Source: Vicugna vicugna
Taxonomy: Eukaryota
NCBI GenBank assembly: GCA_013265495.1
Contig: MU057658.1
Span: 72,949 to 108,168 of the forward strand
Reading direction: 5' to 3'
DNA: 35,220 bases
Position 1 is the stretch's first letter; the number at the start of each line of letters is the position of its first letter. Positions 1-12,261 of the stretch are shown in pieces. The position numbers and the translations under genes were made by a program. The notes under the pieces were generated by a model, which did not search any database, had not been told where the DNA came from, and saw nothing but the letters and a program-made list of their open reading frames with translations.

Positions 1-134
1 CTCTACAAACTGACGGCTTAAAAACTAAGAGAAACAACTTTTTAAGACTTTGGTCACCACATTCATAGCTAATACTTAGGTAGAGTTTTTCACATGCCTG
101 TGGTTAATGTTCCAATTGTTTTCACAAACAGTAA

Positions 135-290
135 ATCATTGTCTCATCACAATAGTCCTATAAATTGCTATTATTATCCCCCCAATATATGGGTGAGGAG
201 ATGGAAGCCCCTAGAGGTTAAGAAATTTGCACAAGGCCCCACAGCTAGCATCTGAGCTGGGATCAAGATGCAGGAGTGTGGCTCCAGGAG
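135..290 (-). mobile_element. MIR SINE fragment
   Basis: attattatcccc...tgaggagatggaagccc.tagaggttaagaaatttgcacaaggcc.cacagctag is the reverse complement of the MIR core. Confidence 0.75.
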
Positions 291-1019
291 GGGCTTGTAA
301 ACACTCCCACTGCTCTCCCCTGCAGGTGCAAGCCAGCCGCCCGCTGTTACTGTAAATAACATGATGTGGTTCACTTGGTCCTGAAATTCACATTCTTTGT
401 AGCTTTCTCTCTGGGGCAGCCATCAGGAGCAGCCAGGGACACTGAGTATATGCTTCTGGACTATGAACAAGAAGGTAGATGGAAGGAAAACAGTTTAAAA
501 ATGGGAGCTTTAATGTGCATTTTTCAGTGGCCAGAAAAAAACTGCCTAGTGAGGAACTGAAACAATATCAGCCACGTGCAAATTATGCTTCAGACACCCC
601 CGCTGCCCTTGGGTCCACACAGTCAGAACTACAGTGGATCAGGGACATGAATCTTGTGCAAATGCAGGGAGTATGAATACCTGCCATTTTAAGATCTCAA
701 GGAGTATGAAAAGCATGTGAAGCTTCCATCAGCAGAGACCTGCTGTCACTTCCACTATTTCCCTCAGAGCATGTCCACAGCCTCACTGGTCCTATTCAGA
801 ATGAAGACGACAGCTAGCACTTGCTGACCCCTGAATCAGTGATAGGTTCTCCCTTGAAAGGAAGCGTATCCCCTTCATTGGTTACAACTAGTTCATAACC
901 TAAGTAATTCTATAGATGTAGAAGGGATATTTTCATTAGTTCTTCTATCAAAGACTTGTCTCCAAAAGAACATGCCACCAGTTACTCCATTTTTACCCAT
1001 TTAAAGATATATTTAACAG

Positions 1020-1145
1020 GCTTCCTTCTTTAGTACAGTTTTAGGTTTACAGAAAAATTCACAGAAAGTGGAGTTCCCATATATTCCCTATGCCCTGCAC
1101 ACAGCTGCTCCTGCTGTCAGCATGTTACATTAGTGGATGCACTCA
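1020..1145 (-). mobile_element. Old L1 (L1MC-like) 3' end fragment
   Basis: cagttttaggtttacagaaaaatt...agaaag..gagttcccatata resembles the antisense L1MC 3' UTR. Confidence 0.65.
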
Positions 1146-1363
1146 TTCTTTTTGACATCTTTCATTCCTCCTCCCCTAAAGTTTAACATGCCTGGTATTC
1201 ACATCTCTTGTGGCATTTATGTGTGATTTACATCACTTCTCACGTTTATGTGAGTTTTACAGCACATGCATGTTGTCTGTGTAATCGTGGATAGGGGGCA
1301 AGTTTTCTGTGTAAAACTACGATCATTAGTCAGTCTCATGCTGCTGGGTTTTTGGGTTGTCAG

Positions 1364-1590
1364 GTCCTGATGATCATTGCTTCAGTTATTGGGATCACTG
1401 TCTACGGACTTTCAGTGTTCATTGTATTTTCTGCAAAACTTCCCAAGAACCTGAATGGAAGAGACCCAATCCAGAAGTACCTGACTGTGCAGGTGGGCCA
1501 CGCCCATCACTGCTTCCCTCATCAGTTTTATCATCATCGTGACCCTGAACGCCATATATGAGAAAGTGGCAATCATGATGACTGACTCTG
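1364..1590 (+). pseudogene. ANO6: ANO6 pseudo-exon A (roughly human exon 13, from memory); +1 frameshift at GGG 1495-1497
   Basis: Acceptor ttgtcag|; VLMIIASVIGITVYGLSVFIVFSAKLPKNLNGRDPIQKYLTVQV, then after an extra G, ATPITASLISFIIIVTLNAIYEKVAIMMTDS; donor |gtaagc at 1591. Confidence 0.93.
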
Positions 1591-2641
1591 GTAAGCTCCT
1601 CCTGCAGCTGAGGTCATTTCTACACCAGTTTTAGAACCAAGTCACAACAGAGACTATCTTTTAGGCACTTCAATTCCAGTACATTACAGTCTTTAGAAAA
1701 CTTCAAGTGGAAACTTGTTTTCTCTAGCCTATTGGAGAAGTGGATTAGCTCCAGCTTTGCATTAGTAAAAGGGACAAAGGAAGCATTACAATGACCAAAC
1801 TTTGTGTAAATAGTTCAGCGCTTAATAATAATTTCAATTACATTAGATCATGTAGCCTATAGTTGAAAGTAAATAGTCTCTGTATTGCAAATAAGTGGAA
1901 GAGGGTTGTGGTTCCAGAGGCAGATTTTCTTGTGCATTATGGAGAGGACAAGTAATCACAGTTTTATGTGTCTTCCCCCCATGCTGTTCCTGTTAGTGTA
2001 GCTCCACTCTCTTCAGCTGTGGCTTCTATAATAAATGTTTTTCTCTCTGGCTTTTATCCCATCCAGCGGCTAAGCGGCCCAAGTTAAGTGCTTCCCACAC
2101 GCTGCATGTGGCTGGGTGGTTCTCCCAGTGGTCTGCTCAGTGGTCATCTTCTGAAAACACTAAGACCAATTCAAATTCTGAACTAGGAGGTTGACCCGTT
2201 TTATGTTCCCCAAATGCTTCTAGCAAGTTGCCCCGTGTTTTGTTTGTTTTCTTCAATAGTCCTACCTTACTGTCGTTCAGGGAGACAAGAGAATATCATT
2301 TAGCAGGATGTTTAAAGTAGCTTTCTGTCAACATTCACCTGACAGAGGACAGTTCTTGCCCATTGTATATTGTTGTGCTTATATATTTTAAAGAACGGCT
2401 GTTTTTCTTTTTTTGTCTTGTGGAATATTGGGTTCATAGTGGGAGAAACTCTTACAACAGTGTGTACACTTGGAATTAACATAGTAGCTATGTTAAGGGA
2501 TTCAAAACAGCTTAAATGAAAACAGTGTGAATTGTGTTATTTACATATTTACCGTGTTAACTCATGTGTCCGTGGCTTTGATTAGGGTTTCAAAGCCGTT
2601 CACAGTTTTACAGACTTACCTTTTCTTTATTCTAGCTGCAG

Positions 2642-2810
2642 AGCTCCCAATGACCAGACTGACAAAGAGAACAACCCAGCCATGAAGGTGTTCTTGTTCC
2701 ACTTTGTCAACTACTACTCCTCGTGTTTCTACATCACATTCTTTAAGGGCAGATTTGTGACTTATCAGGGAGATCTGGTGTATTGGCTGTGAAAATACAG
2801 AAATGAAGGG
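2642..2810 (+). pseudogene. ANO6: ANO6 pseudo-exon B; -1 frameshift near 2655 and premature TGA at 2790-2792
   Basis: Acceptor ctgcag|; ELPMT / TDKENNPAMKVFLFHFVNYYSSCFYITFFKGRFVTYQGDLVYWL*KYRNEG; donor |gtgtga at 2811. Confidence 0.93.
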
Positions 2811-2986
2811 GTGTGAATACAGCTCTGTGTTCTGACAGTCTAGCCTGTTTCATGTTTTCTCTTAGTTGCCCAATGAAGAGTGTCTTTACTCTCTGTTCCT
2901 TAGATTTTTTTAGGCATAAAATAATGACTTTATTTCATGTTAGAGCTTTCTAAAATTTAAATGAAATTTTCTTTCTAATATTCCAG

Positions 2987-3084
2987 TGTGACCCAGGTGG
3001 CTGTCTCCTTGAACTGATGGCACAGCTGACAATAATCATGGGAGGACATTCCATCTGGAATAACATACAAGAGGTGTTACTTCC
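2987..3084 (+). pseudogene. ANO6: ANO6 pseudo-exon C; donor mutated to TTGAGT
   Basis: Acceptor ttccag|; [32 protein letters not shown](P). Ends CC|ttgagt where GTGAGT is expected. The next exon begins c-tgg, completing the Pro codon (phase 2). Confidence 0.92.
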
Positions 3085-3439
3085 TTGAGTACTCAGTCAG
3101 TTGATCTTGGGGTGAGAACGGCCCACCCATCCACGTAATTTTCCTGCTTGCCCATCTCTAAAACTGGGGAGACTCTCTGCTTATTAAAGCTCTCCAGATA
3201 AGATGATCCAGCCAACAGTGTAAACGTACCTGCTGTTTAATAATTATGCTTTAATACCTTCCTTTTTATGTTTAACTTAAATCCCCAAGTGCTATAGCTT
3301 CTACCTATTAGCCCATCACTGGGGACAGACTGATCACAGCCTTTTGAGAGAAGGCCCATTTTGGGGCCGTGAACTAAGTTTTCCCACAAGTTCCCACAAT
3401 TTTCTCCTCCTTTTATACATGTATTTAAATATCCATAGC

Positions 3440-3680
3440 AGGAATTTGTTGAGTGTCTAGTATGTGCTAGACACTGTATTAAATGTTGTACATATATGTG
3501 TGTGTGCGTGTGCATGTGCGTGTACACTTTAATCACCCAAACAATCCTTATTCTTATCTTCCTTTTGCAAATGAAGATCCTGTGGCTTAAAGAGGGTAAA
3601 TGATTTGCCCAAGCTCTCATTGCCAATAAGAGACCACTGTGGGACTCAGATGTAAGACCCTATCTCTCTGAATCCTTGTT
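3440..3680 (-). mobile_element. MIR SINE fragment (with a TG-rich microsatellite at ~3495-3525)
   Basis: atttgttgagtgtctagtatgtgctagacactgt ... ttttgcaaatgaagatcctgtggcttaaagagggtaaatgatttgcccaag matches the antisense MIR tail and core. Confidence 0.7.
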
Positions 3681-3919
3681 CTTCTAAGAACAGAGTCTCT
3701 CTTTGGGTCCTAAGTCACAGGGTTACATTATGTTTTAAGAGACACTTGTCTAAAATAATAACTACAGAGGTTTTGACTTATTGTTCTCTTCCTAAAAATG
3801 AGAAAAGCATATGTTAGCAAAGGTCACACTGTCCTTTTGATTTTCACATAAGCCCAATCCCACATCAAAGTGGACAGTCCAGTGTTATCTGCAATTTCTG
3901 AACATTTCAAGGAGCTTAC

Positions 3920-4265
3920 TGTATTCGCTTTCTGTTGCTGTTGTAACAAGTATCCCCAAACGTCATGGTTGTAGGAAGAAGAAAGGAAATGTCCCCACTA
4001 AACAACACAAATTTAACCTCGTATTGTTCTTGAATGCAGAAGCCTGCTGAAGTCAAAGTATTGGCAGGGCTGTTTCTGAAGGCCTCAGGGGAACCTGTAT
4101 CTTTGACTTTTCTGGCTTCCAGAGGCCACCTGCATCTCTTGGCCTGTGACCTCTTTTCTCTCTCTCAAAATCAGTGTGGTTGAGTGTCTCTGACTCTGTG
4201 TCTTCTTGAGTAGGATTCCAGGAGCAAATGAAGAAGGACAGTGATGCCGTGATCCAGGCTCCCTG
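3920..4265 (-). mobile_element. MaLR solo LTR (MLT1-like)
   Basis: tgtatt...tgctgttgtaacaa...aaacaacacaaattta...caaagtattggcagggctg...ttttctggcttccagaggccacctgcat..cttggcctgtg is typical of antisense MLT1. Confidence 0.75.
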
Positions 4266-4569
4266 TGGGGACTCCCCAGCACGTGGATCGGCACCTGTTA
4301 TAAAGTAGGTCTCAGTCCGAGCCAGAGTGAGTGAGCGACTCACAGGCATCGAATGCATAACATCAGTGAATCAACAGCATTCTTTGTAGGACTCAGAGAA
4401 TAAGCTGAGAGCCCTGTGGCTTTCCCAGCCTCACATACTCTTTTGATATTGGGGTCATTTCTGGGAATGTTATTCTGTACTTGACAAAAGGCTAGTACAA
4501 TTCCAGGGTTAAGCAACTTGCCCTAGGGAAATTTTATGATAAAATATTAAGAAAATAGTTAAATGCCCA

Positions 4570-4700
4570 AAATGACATAGCATTGTCCTTTGGTGTTTAG
4601 ATAGTGTATGGGTGTAATTTTCTTATTTTATATGTTTTCTACATTTTCCACCGTGTGTATCCACTACTATATAATAAGAAAAAGCAAATGTTTAAAAGAG
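4570..4700 (+). mobile_element. Old L1 (L1ME-like) 3' terminus
   Basis: tatgggtg.aattttcttattttatatgttttctacattttcca...tataataagaaaaa resembles the L1ME 3' end. Confidence 0.5.
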
Positions 4701-5923
4701 AAAATCTCTCTTCTCCAGATATGATTTGGTTAGAAGATGGGTCAGATACATATAATAAGAGATTCTTAATTACATGTGTCCATAATTCACCCTTTAAATT
4801 CAGAAACAGAAAACTCAGGAATGAAATAGATTAAGAGAATCAAAGATACTTGTATTCAAGATTAGCAAGGGGGAGTGTCCTCAACAGAAATGCTGATAAT
4901 CCATAATGCAGGGATTAGATGTGATAGTGAAGGTACAAAGACAACATGAAGTAGAAAATGCCACGTGGCAAGCACTGAGTGAAGGGCAATTTACTATGAT
5001 TATGCCAATATGTGTGGTCAATTCCCAAGCAAATGATTGTGTAACCCCTGCTAGAGGGAGAAAGCTTCCAGCCTTGGCTGGAGAGAGGGGCGGATCCAGT
5101 GTCTGTATTTTTTAATATGTCTACAGGTACTTCCCATGTGCAGATTGATATCCCTGCACGAGAACCGTAACCCAACAGAAAACCCAAAAGACCGAGGACA
5201 ATGCTGAGTAGACAACAGCCCAAGCTTTTCTGCCACAGATGAGTGGTTCCACTCAGGAAGACTGAGCAAGAGGCTTAGAGTCTTGGCTAAGGACAAGCAA
5301 GTCGGGACTTCTAATACGACCTAATGCCATCAGCGGGGGAGGGCAGTTGAGCACAAGAAGGGAGCGCCAGGTGAGTTAACATGGAAGTTTCATCCTGGAT
5401 CCATACCGTGATGGATTTGGGTCCAGGGGGGTAAAAGCCCTGCTTTCCTGGGGCATGGACCGGATTCCACAAGAGGCTGAGACAGGAAGTATGAGGCAGA
5501 GAAAGATTCCCCCAGGAGTCTCACGAGTCTGGGTGCCAGGAACGGTGATGGCAGAGCGCGGTCCCAGCGCCACCAGCACCGCAAGGCTCGGAGTGGCTCT
5601 GGAGCTGCGCGGCCCCGGCCGGACCTCAGACCTGCCTGCAGCGCTCCGAGCTGCGGCCTGGGGAGCGGCTTCAGCAGCAGGCTGGCCCCGTCATCCTCGT
5701 AGGTGCTGCAGTGACCCCCAAACCTGTGGCCACGGTGTTCCCAATCCAAGGGTCTAAGTGAGTTCAACACTATTTACAGGTGACCACAGGCGGTTAGCCT
5801 GTGCTGCTCAAAAGGAGGGTCCCACATAGGGCTTTGATGTGTCAGAGGGGTTGCTAATACCTGGCCTGCTTTGAATCGTTTCATCCTGACAGCAGCCTGG
5901 GCGGTGGAAGTTTCATCTCCCAA

Positions 5924-6104
5924 TTTTATTTCAACTTTTTTTGTTGAAAGTATAGATCCTTTACAATATTGTGTTAACTCTTGGTGTACAGCATAGTGAT
6001 TCACATATATACATATGTATTCCTTGTTATATTCTTTTCCACTATAGGCTATTAAAAGCTATTGAATGTAGTTCCCTGTGCTATACAGTAGGATCTTGTT
6101 GTTT
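5924..6104 (-). mobile_element. 5'-truncated cetartiodactyl-type L1 3' end
   Basis: T-rich tail, then gttgaaagtatag..tttacaatattgtgtta..tcttggtgtacagcatagtgattca...attgaatgtagttccctgtgctatacagtagg, the characteristic L1 3' UTR of camelid/pig/whale lineages. Confidence 0.8.
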
Positions 6105-6199
6105 GAAACAAAAATTACTACATGAAGTAACAAAATAAGCAAGCTAAACCTAGCCATGTATATGACACAGTTGAGTTTATCTCAGGATTTAAATGTGGT

Positions 6200-6420
6200 T
6201 TTGATCTCCAGGATCTCTTTATCAAATTATCATATGTAAAGTGCCTGTGGAACACTTCTCAGAAAAATGTTTTAAAACCATAAGATTTAGAGAATAAAGA
6301 AGGAAGATAATTATACTGAAAAGCAGATATCAAAATATAGAAATGGGCATTTGTGATACATTAATATCTGAATTATTGGAAGAACGTGTTGATTAAAAAA
6401 ATCCAGTGTTGGGTCTACTA
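6200..6420. mobile_element. Possible hAT-Charlie-type DNA transposon relic
   Basis: aaggaagataattatactgaaaagcagatatcaaaatat resembles Charlie/MER sequence. Family and limits uncertain. Confidence 0.3.
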
Positions 6421-7149
6421 ACCGCAACATTCTGCCATAGCAGTGAGTGTAAATCATCCTCTGAGATCTACAACAATTGCATTTGGAATGTAAATAAAGT
6501 TAAATAACAAATAAGCCATGAAGTGTGGATTCAGGTTCAGAGGTATCTCGAGTCCATATCCCCACCACTTCCCCGAGCTCCCTGCTCTTCCCCTAATGTT
6601 ATTGATAGAGGTGGGGAGAGTTTGTGCAGCGAAGGGCATGTTCCATTGCAAAGATATCTCATAGCAAACCTGGGAGCATGGCCAGTAAAAGGTTAACGCT
6701 GAGATCAGAGGCAGAGGGAAACCTAGAAGGGACAGCTTTTTACAAGTCACATCATATGCTCTGTGTGTGTCCACGTGTGTGTACATAGAGACGTGTGGGC
6801 ATGTATGATGTATACACCTGCCTTTCGTGTGAAGCCGCCTCACTGTCCAAATTTGAAATCCATCCAAACATGCAGTGCAGTCAGCCGAAGCTCAGCCAGA
6901 CGCTAAGCTGTCTGTTGTTGCTCTGTCTCTTATGCTGAAATCCACGAGTAAACCATGGACCAGCTATTGCTTTCAGGGACAACAGCTCTGTAGGCTACAG
7001 GTCCATGCATTGTTTCACTGCCAACTCCGATTTCATTTCAGGACAAATTGCCATTTGAAAAAGGGGGAAGCATTCCTTTGTCCCACAAGCCTCTGAGTGA
7101 GGAAAAAACATAACGTTAGAGACAGCTCTGTGGGACAGCATCCAGAAGG

Positions 7150-7280
7150 AGGCAGAGCACTGGGCTGTGAGTCGAGGCTGTTTCTTTCAAGCTCTGCACT
7201 GAATTTGAGGTGGCATGTCACATCATTGGCCCTTGATTTGTTCAGCTTAAATTAGGGTCTTGGACCTGTTTGATCCAACG
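7150..7280 (+). mobile_element. MIR3-like SINE fragment
   Basis: agagcactgggctgtgagtc...agctctgcac...cttgatttgttcagcttaaattaggg..ttggacc...gatc; degenerate. Confidence 0.45.
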
Positions 7281-7479
7281 TTAGAGAATCACTTTTTTGC
7301 TCGGTGACCCTTCATAGCTCCGCAATTCCTTCAGAGGGAAAAATGCTCACATCCTCACGGCAGTCTCTAAGGCTCCACCCCCAAAACCACCACTTATTTC
7401 CTATTCACTGTGGCCCACACCAGTCTCCATGCTGTCTGTCCAGCGTGAGGGACCTCCAGGCCTGTGATCACTGTTCCCT

Positions 7480-7645
7480 CTGTCCCTCCTCTGCCCAATC
7501 CTTTGCCTCTGCCTTTGCCTTATTCAAAGGTCACTGCCCCAGCCCCATTCCTCCCTACCACACATTCCTCGCCCTCCTTTATTTTCCTCCACAGCACTTA
7601 TCACCAGCTCACAGACCCTGTATTTCTTTCTTTTACTTATTTTCT
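7480..7645 (+). mobile_element. L2 LINE 3' fragment
   Basis: ttattttcctccacagcacttatcacca...tttcttttacttattt is the L2a 3' motif. Confidence 0.6.
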
Positions 7646-7986
7646 CTGACGATTTTCAGACTGGAAAGACCATGGTGGATAATAGAGAAATGGGATTAAA
7701 AAAGACAAACGACGGAAGGCATCTTCTAAAAGCTAAAATGCCCACCTGAAAAGGAGGTAGGAGATAAAGTAGTAGTAGTCATTACAATTTTGGTAAACCC
7801 GAGGTACGTAGTCAGGACTACTTTTCACAATATTTGAGGGTAGGGAGGCAGCAATAAAAAGAAATTTATCCTGAAAACAAGAAATTAAATTCTTGGGAAG
7901 ATGATGTGTTCAGCTTGAAATGTCAGTAATACTTTTATGACCTTGGTCAGATAATATCCTGCCTTATAATTTGATCTGTTTGGCAG

Positions 7987-8108
7987 CTGGATCATGAATC
8001 TAATGGTGCCACCGTTTCGGGAGCAGAACACCACCTCAAGATGGGAACGGGACAACCATCTGTATCCCATGGGCAAACTGGGGTTACTTTATGAATACCC
8101 TGAAATGA
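7987..8108 (+). pseudogene. ANO6: ANO6 pseudo-exon D with internal deletions (net 3 codons shorter than ANO6 as I recall it)
   Basis: Acceptor ggcag|; WIMNL...(TVSGAE in an alternate frame)...TSRWERDNHLYPMGKLGLLYEYPEM; donor |gtaagt at 8109. Confidence 0.92.
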
Positions 8109-10814
8109 GTAAGTCATCAGTGGAGATTTCTGTGCTGTCGGTTATATTAGAATATACTTTGGGTCTCAGAAGCATCGGTTACCGAGCCAAACAATGACCT
8201 AGCATACCGAAACGGAGCCCGCTTTTCTCCATTAGATGCAATTATGCAGTCAGGCTTTCAAATAGGGTGCCTGTGTGTATCTTTGTCAATATTTATGTTG
8301 TACAAAGCTGAAGATTTACTGCCAAGGAATGAAATGGAATACTCATTCAGGTACGTCTCCACCATTGATTCTCAGATCCTTCTGGTCATGTCGTCTAAGG
8401 ATGAACTCAGAACCGTTACTAGATGTGACTCAGCTCGGGCTGTAGCCAGTATGGCACAGCTGTTGGCTGATATCCTTCTAAACAGACTCATGTGAGATAG
8501 CCAGCCTGTGCAGAAAGCCCGCAAGTGCATCCTGCCTCTTGACAGCAAGGTTCACAGGGTCACAACTTCCACATCTCACACCTGCCTTTCACATTTTTCC
8601 TATTTCTTCTGGCCGATGGTTTCTGCCTGGTTCCTTGTGTGACCTCATGGCACATCACTGGCTTGAATTCAGGGTGAATTTGCTGATCTGGAGTATCGGT
8701 AGAACACAGATCTCCTCCTTCTCCAATGTCTTTGTCCATTTCTGTACATTTGCTTGGGCTCTGTTTCTCTTTGGTTGAACTTGGTTTTGAGCTCTCAGTT
8801 GCCTTTAAATTGTTGCATCTCAAAATAGATTTCCATAGGAAACGTTATCTTTTCTATTATGCATGGTGCACTTTTATCTACTAGAAGGCTGATGATGTGC
8901 ACGTTTTGTATCTGAGCCCTTTCAGCTCACCACTGCCTTGAATTAGTTTTATTTATTTATTTATTTTTAAGCTAAGGAGACAGGAAAGGATTTTGGTCAA
9001 TTGGCTTTGCATTTATGCATGTAGGTTCATGTCTGCAAAGGCACAATTTTGTGCTTCCTGTTTATAAGTCTATAGATACAGGGAGTTTTCTTTTTCCTAA
9101 ATTACATTCTATATATAAAATACTTGCTTTTAAAAATATACATTATACATGGAAATGCATGTGGTTCCCTCGGTGAGTGAAAGCTCATCTTGTGGCATCT
9201 TCAGTCAGCTATGCTTTGTGGCCTGGTGTCTGATTTGAGTTTCATCTTTGCTTTTGTTGTGTTTAGTGACCAGGTTCCATTAAGGGTGCAGCTGCTGTCC
9301 CTGGTGTAGAAATTATGTTCGTTTATTCTGCTTATTTTCAAAAGGACTTTAAGCCAATGACCTGTTATTCCAAAATGAGGCATAAATGTAAATATGTCTT
9401 ATTGGGGCTATTATCAGCATTAATAATAACAACAATATTCTGAGGGCAGCATATCATTTGGTATTTTAACACACACGAAAAAAGCCTTGGAAAAAAGTTA
9501 TTGTTCTACTTAAGTCAAATAAAGGTCATTAAAAGGAACAGTTGTACGCTTTTGGGAGAAATTGATAGGACAGTTAGAACTTTATAGTCTCATTAAAATA
9601 CCAGTTAAATAATTCAGCCTAATTCTATCCTACATAACAGGATGGAGTAACAGCTATTGTAGAGAGATTATTCCGATTTATTCGTTTTCCTATTATCTAA
9701 ATAATCCCTAACGAATTTGAAAATTCAATCCATTTCTGAGAGTAGGCAGTCTGTTATTCTGTATTCAGTGCTGGAGTGAAACTTATTTTGTGTTCTTTCG
9801 TTCATGGGAGATAGAATTTCCAAGTGTTTTTTGAATTATTTTTGTTCCTCTAAAATGAAGTGCCTTTGGTGGTGATCTCCTGACCTCAGTTTCCTCCTTC
9901 CAGTTTTCCCCATGATCACTAATGACACCCCACCTGCCTTTTTAGTTATGCCTCTTAGCTGCTGAAGGGGAAGAGCTACTGACCGATGACCCTGGAGCCC
10001 TCCACCCGTGCTTCGTTAGGCGTCACACCCAGCCACCAACACTAGTCTCCTTTGCCTGAAGTAACTTTTTCTGCTTTTCTGCCAGGAAGTACTTTTGCCA
10101 AGCCTTGGCAGGGACCCCTCCACTTTTTAGAGATTTTCTGCTCTCCTCTCTAGGCATGAATTGCACTTGATTCTTCTCTTGATGGTGCGTGATCGTGTCC
10201 GTGTCCATTGTGCTCCCCGGCTGGACTGATCCTGTCAGAGGCAGACATCTTCCCGTGTCTGGGGCACCACAGCCTGGAACCTGGTCCTCATACGTGTTTA
10301 AGTGAATTGAGCTTGGAGTTTCAGCACACTCACATACAACTGTTAGATGAGTTGGCGGTAACATTGCCCCCAAGGCCCCCACAATATTCTATATGGCATA
10401 TGATTTTTTCTGAGTGAAATTTCTCTTTTATTTGTTTCAGTGAATTCACCACTGTCCTTTGAGGTTATTAGAGTAACCTTGAGTTGTTAACCACAATAGC
10501 TCTCCCCCCACCAGCGAAAGATCCTGCTGTCTGAGAACTCAGACATGGGACATAAGAGAAATAATGTATCAGTCTTAAAATCTGGAAAACATAAGATACC
10601 GTTTTGTACTTAGAGCACCCACAGCACAAACACCAGTCTCTCAAGAATGTGGCACTGCCTTCCCAGAGGGCGGGCGCCATAAGTGGGATGCAGTGTTTGA
10701 TGAAGTGAGAGCTCTTTGTCTGTGGTACTGCCTTTTCCACCCTTACTGTGTTAACTTGATCTTCCCTTCATATATTATGTTCTCCATTTAATTTACTGCA
10801 TTTAATATCAGTTG

Positions 10815-11005
10815 TTCTTCAACATCTCCTTGCACCTGGACTGTCCATTCCCTCTCTCTCCAGTGCTATCCCACCCACGCCTCTCCTGTGCTCTCCAGGA
10901 CAAAGCCTGTCTCCCCCACGCCCTCACCTCTGTTCTGTCTGCCCACCACCTGCACAGACATTTCCTTAACTCTGCAGAATGATCTTTCCAAAATGGCAGC
11001 TGAGT
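10815..11005 (+). mobile_element. L2 LINE fragment
   Basis: Pyrimidine-rich, with ctgcagaatgatctttccaaaatg, resembling the L2 motif cagagtgatctttctaaaatg. Confidence 0.45.
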
Positions 11006-11043
11006 ACCTGGGGGGGATTGTAGACCTCTCATCTCTTTACCGA

Positions 11044-12220
11044 TTCATTCGTTTATCTATCCAAAAAACACTGAGCACCTGCTATGCCAAACACTGTATC
11101 AGCTGCTGGGGAGACCAAGACAGATAAGACTTGGTGTCTGCACTCCCCAGGCCAGGCGAGACTTGGCGAGTAGTTGATGGATTGCTAACCAGGTGAACAC
11201 AAATTGGACTTCCTAGAGCTAGAAATATTTGAACTGAATTTTGAAAGGTGAAACTATTTTGCAGTAGAGGGAGTGGGCACTTCATGCAGAGAGGTAGAGA
11301 CATATAAGAGTACATGGCATGAAGCAGCTTGGCCAGACTCAAGAACAAGTAGTCTAGAACAAAGTATCCATAGGTGGGAATATCAGGTGCACAAGCCCTC
11401 TGTCACGATGGGTCTTGTGTGCTTAGACTTGAATGTATCCTTAAAGAAACAGGGATATATTGGAATGTTTTTAAGCAAGAGAATTGCATAATGTTTATGT
11501 TGGAGAAGATCTGGTTATTCTGGCAGCAGAATGGAAGATACTATTTTTGGGGGGAGGCCCATATTTTGGGGGGAAAGGATATTTCGGGGACCACGCCAGG
11601 TAACCCAGACAACAAGAAGCACACGCCTGCAGAGAGGCCCTGGGGAGAGGGATAGAGACATGGGCGGCAGAAGTGGTGACTGCTGCAGAGGGGACTGCAG
11701 GGCCGGGGCGGTGGGCCGCAGAGCTGCTGAGGTGACTTTCCAGTGACCCATCCAGAGAGTGGATCTGCAGGGGGAGTGTAATGGGAGGAGCTGTTTTCAA
11801 GGAGATGGTTCTGTGTGTGGCATTTTGAGTGCAAACTGTCTATGGGACATCTGAGGTATGATGTCCATTGTTAAGCTGGATTCACCAGTCATGAGCTTAG
11901 AGGAGCTGTGGGTGAGGCCGTGGGGGAGATTCAGTCCTGGCAAGCGGAGGATTGAAGACAAGGCCCTGGGGAAAAGGGCCATGTACATGGCAAATGGGAG
12001 AAGAGAAACCCACCAAGAGAAAGAATAATAGCAGAGCAGTTGGGAGAAACTAGTTGAGGCAACACAGAGAAGGCTGTAACCTTGCTTAAGGGGGATTTGG
12101 ACACTGACTAAAAGGAGCATAGTGAGAAAGGGGCTGTGTGGGGCAAAAAAGCAAGGGCTAAAGCCCACCTGTAATTGCCAAGACTGGGGAAAAGGAGGAG
12201 GAGGACTACACTTAGGTAGA
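11044..12220 (-). mobile_element. Degenerate L2 LINE (3' end at ~11044), interrupted by a GC-rich patch at ~11540-11730
   Basis: ttcattcg.ttatc..tccaaaaaacactgagcacctgctatgcca..cactgt...ctggggagac (antisense L2 tail), followed by typical antisense L2 body motifs (ttgaactgaattttgaaagg; ttttaagcaagagaa; tttgagtg..tatgggacatctgagg..gatgtcca). Confidence 0.65.
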
Positions 12221-12233
12221 CTTTAAAAAACAG

Positions 12234-12261
12234 ATCTGTGTGTATCTGTGTGTATCTGTGT
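12234..12261. repeat. Short 10-bp tandem repeat (ATCTGTGTGT) x ~2.8
   Basis: atctgtgtgt atctgtgtgt atctgtgt read directly. Confidence 0.7.

Noticed and set aside
1495..2660. The +1 in exon A and -1 in exon B as a frame-restoring pair that keeps ANO6 functional
   Set aside because: The shifted frame hits TGA at 1559-1561, and another stop (2790) and a dead donor (3085) follow.
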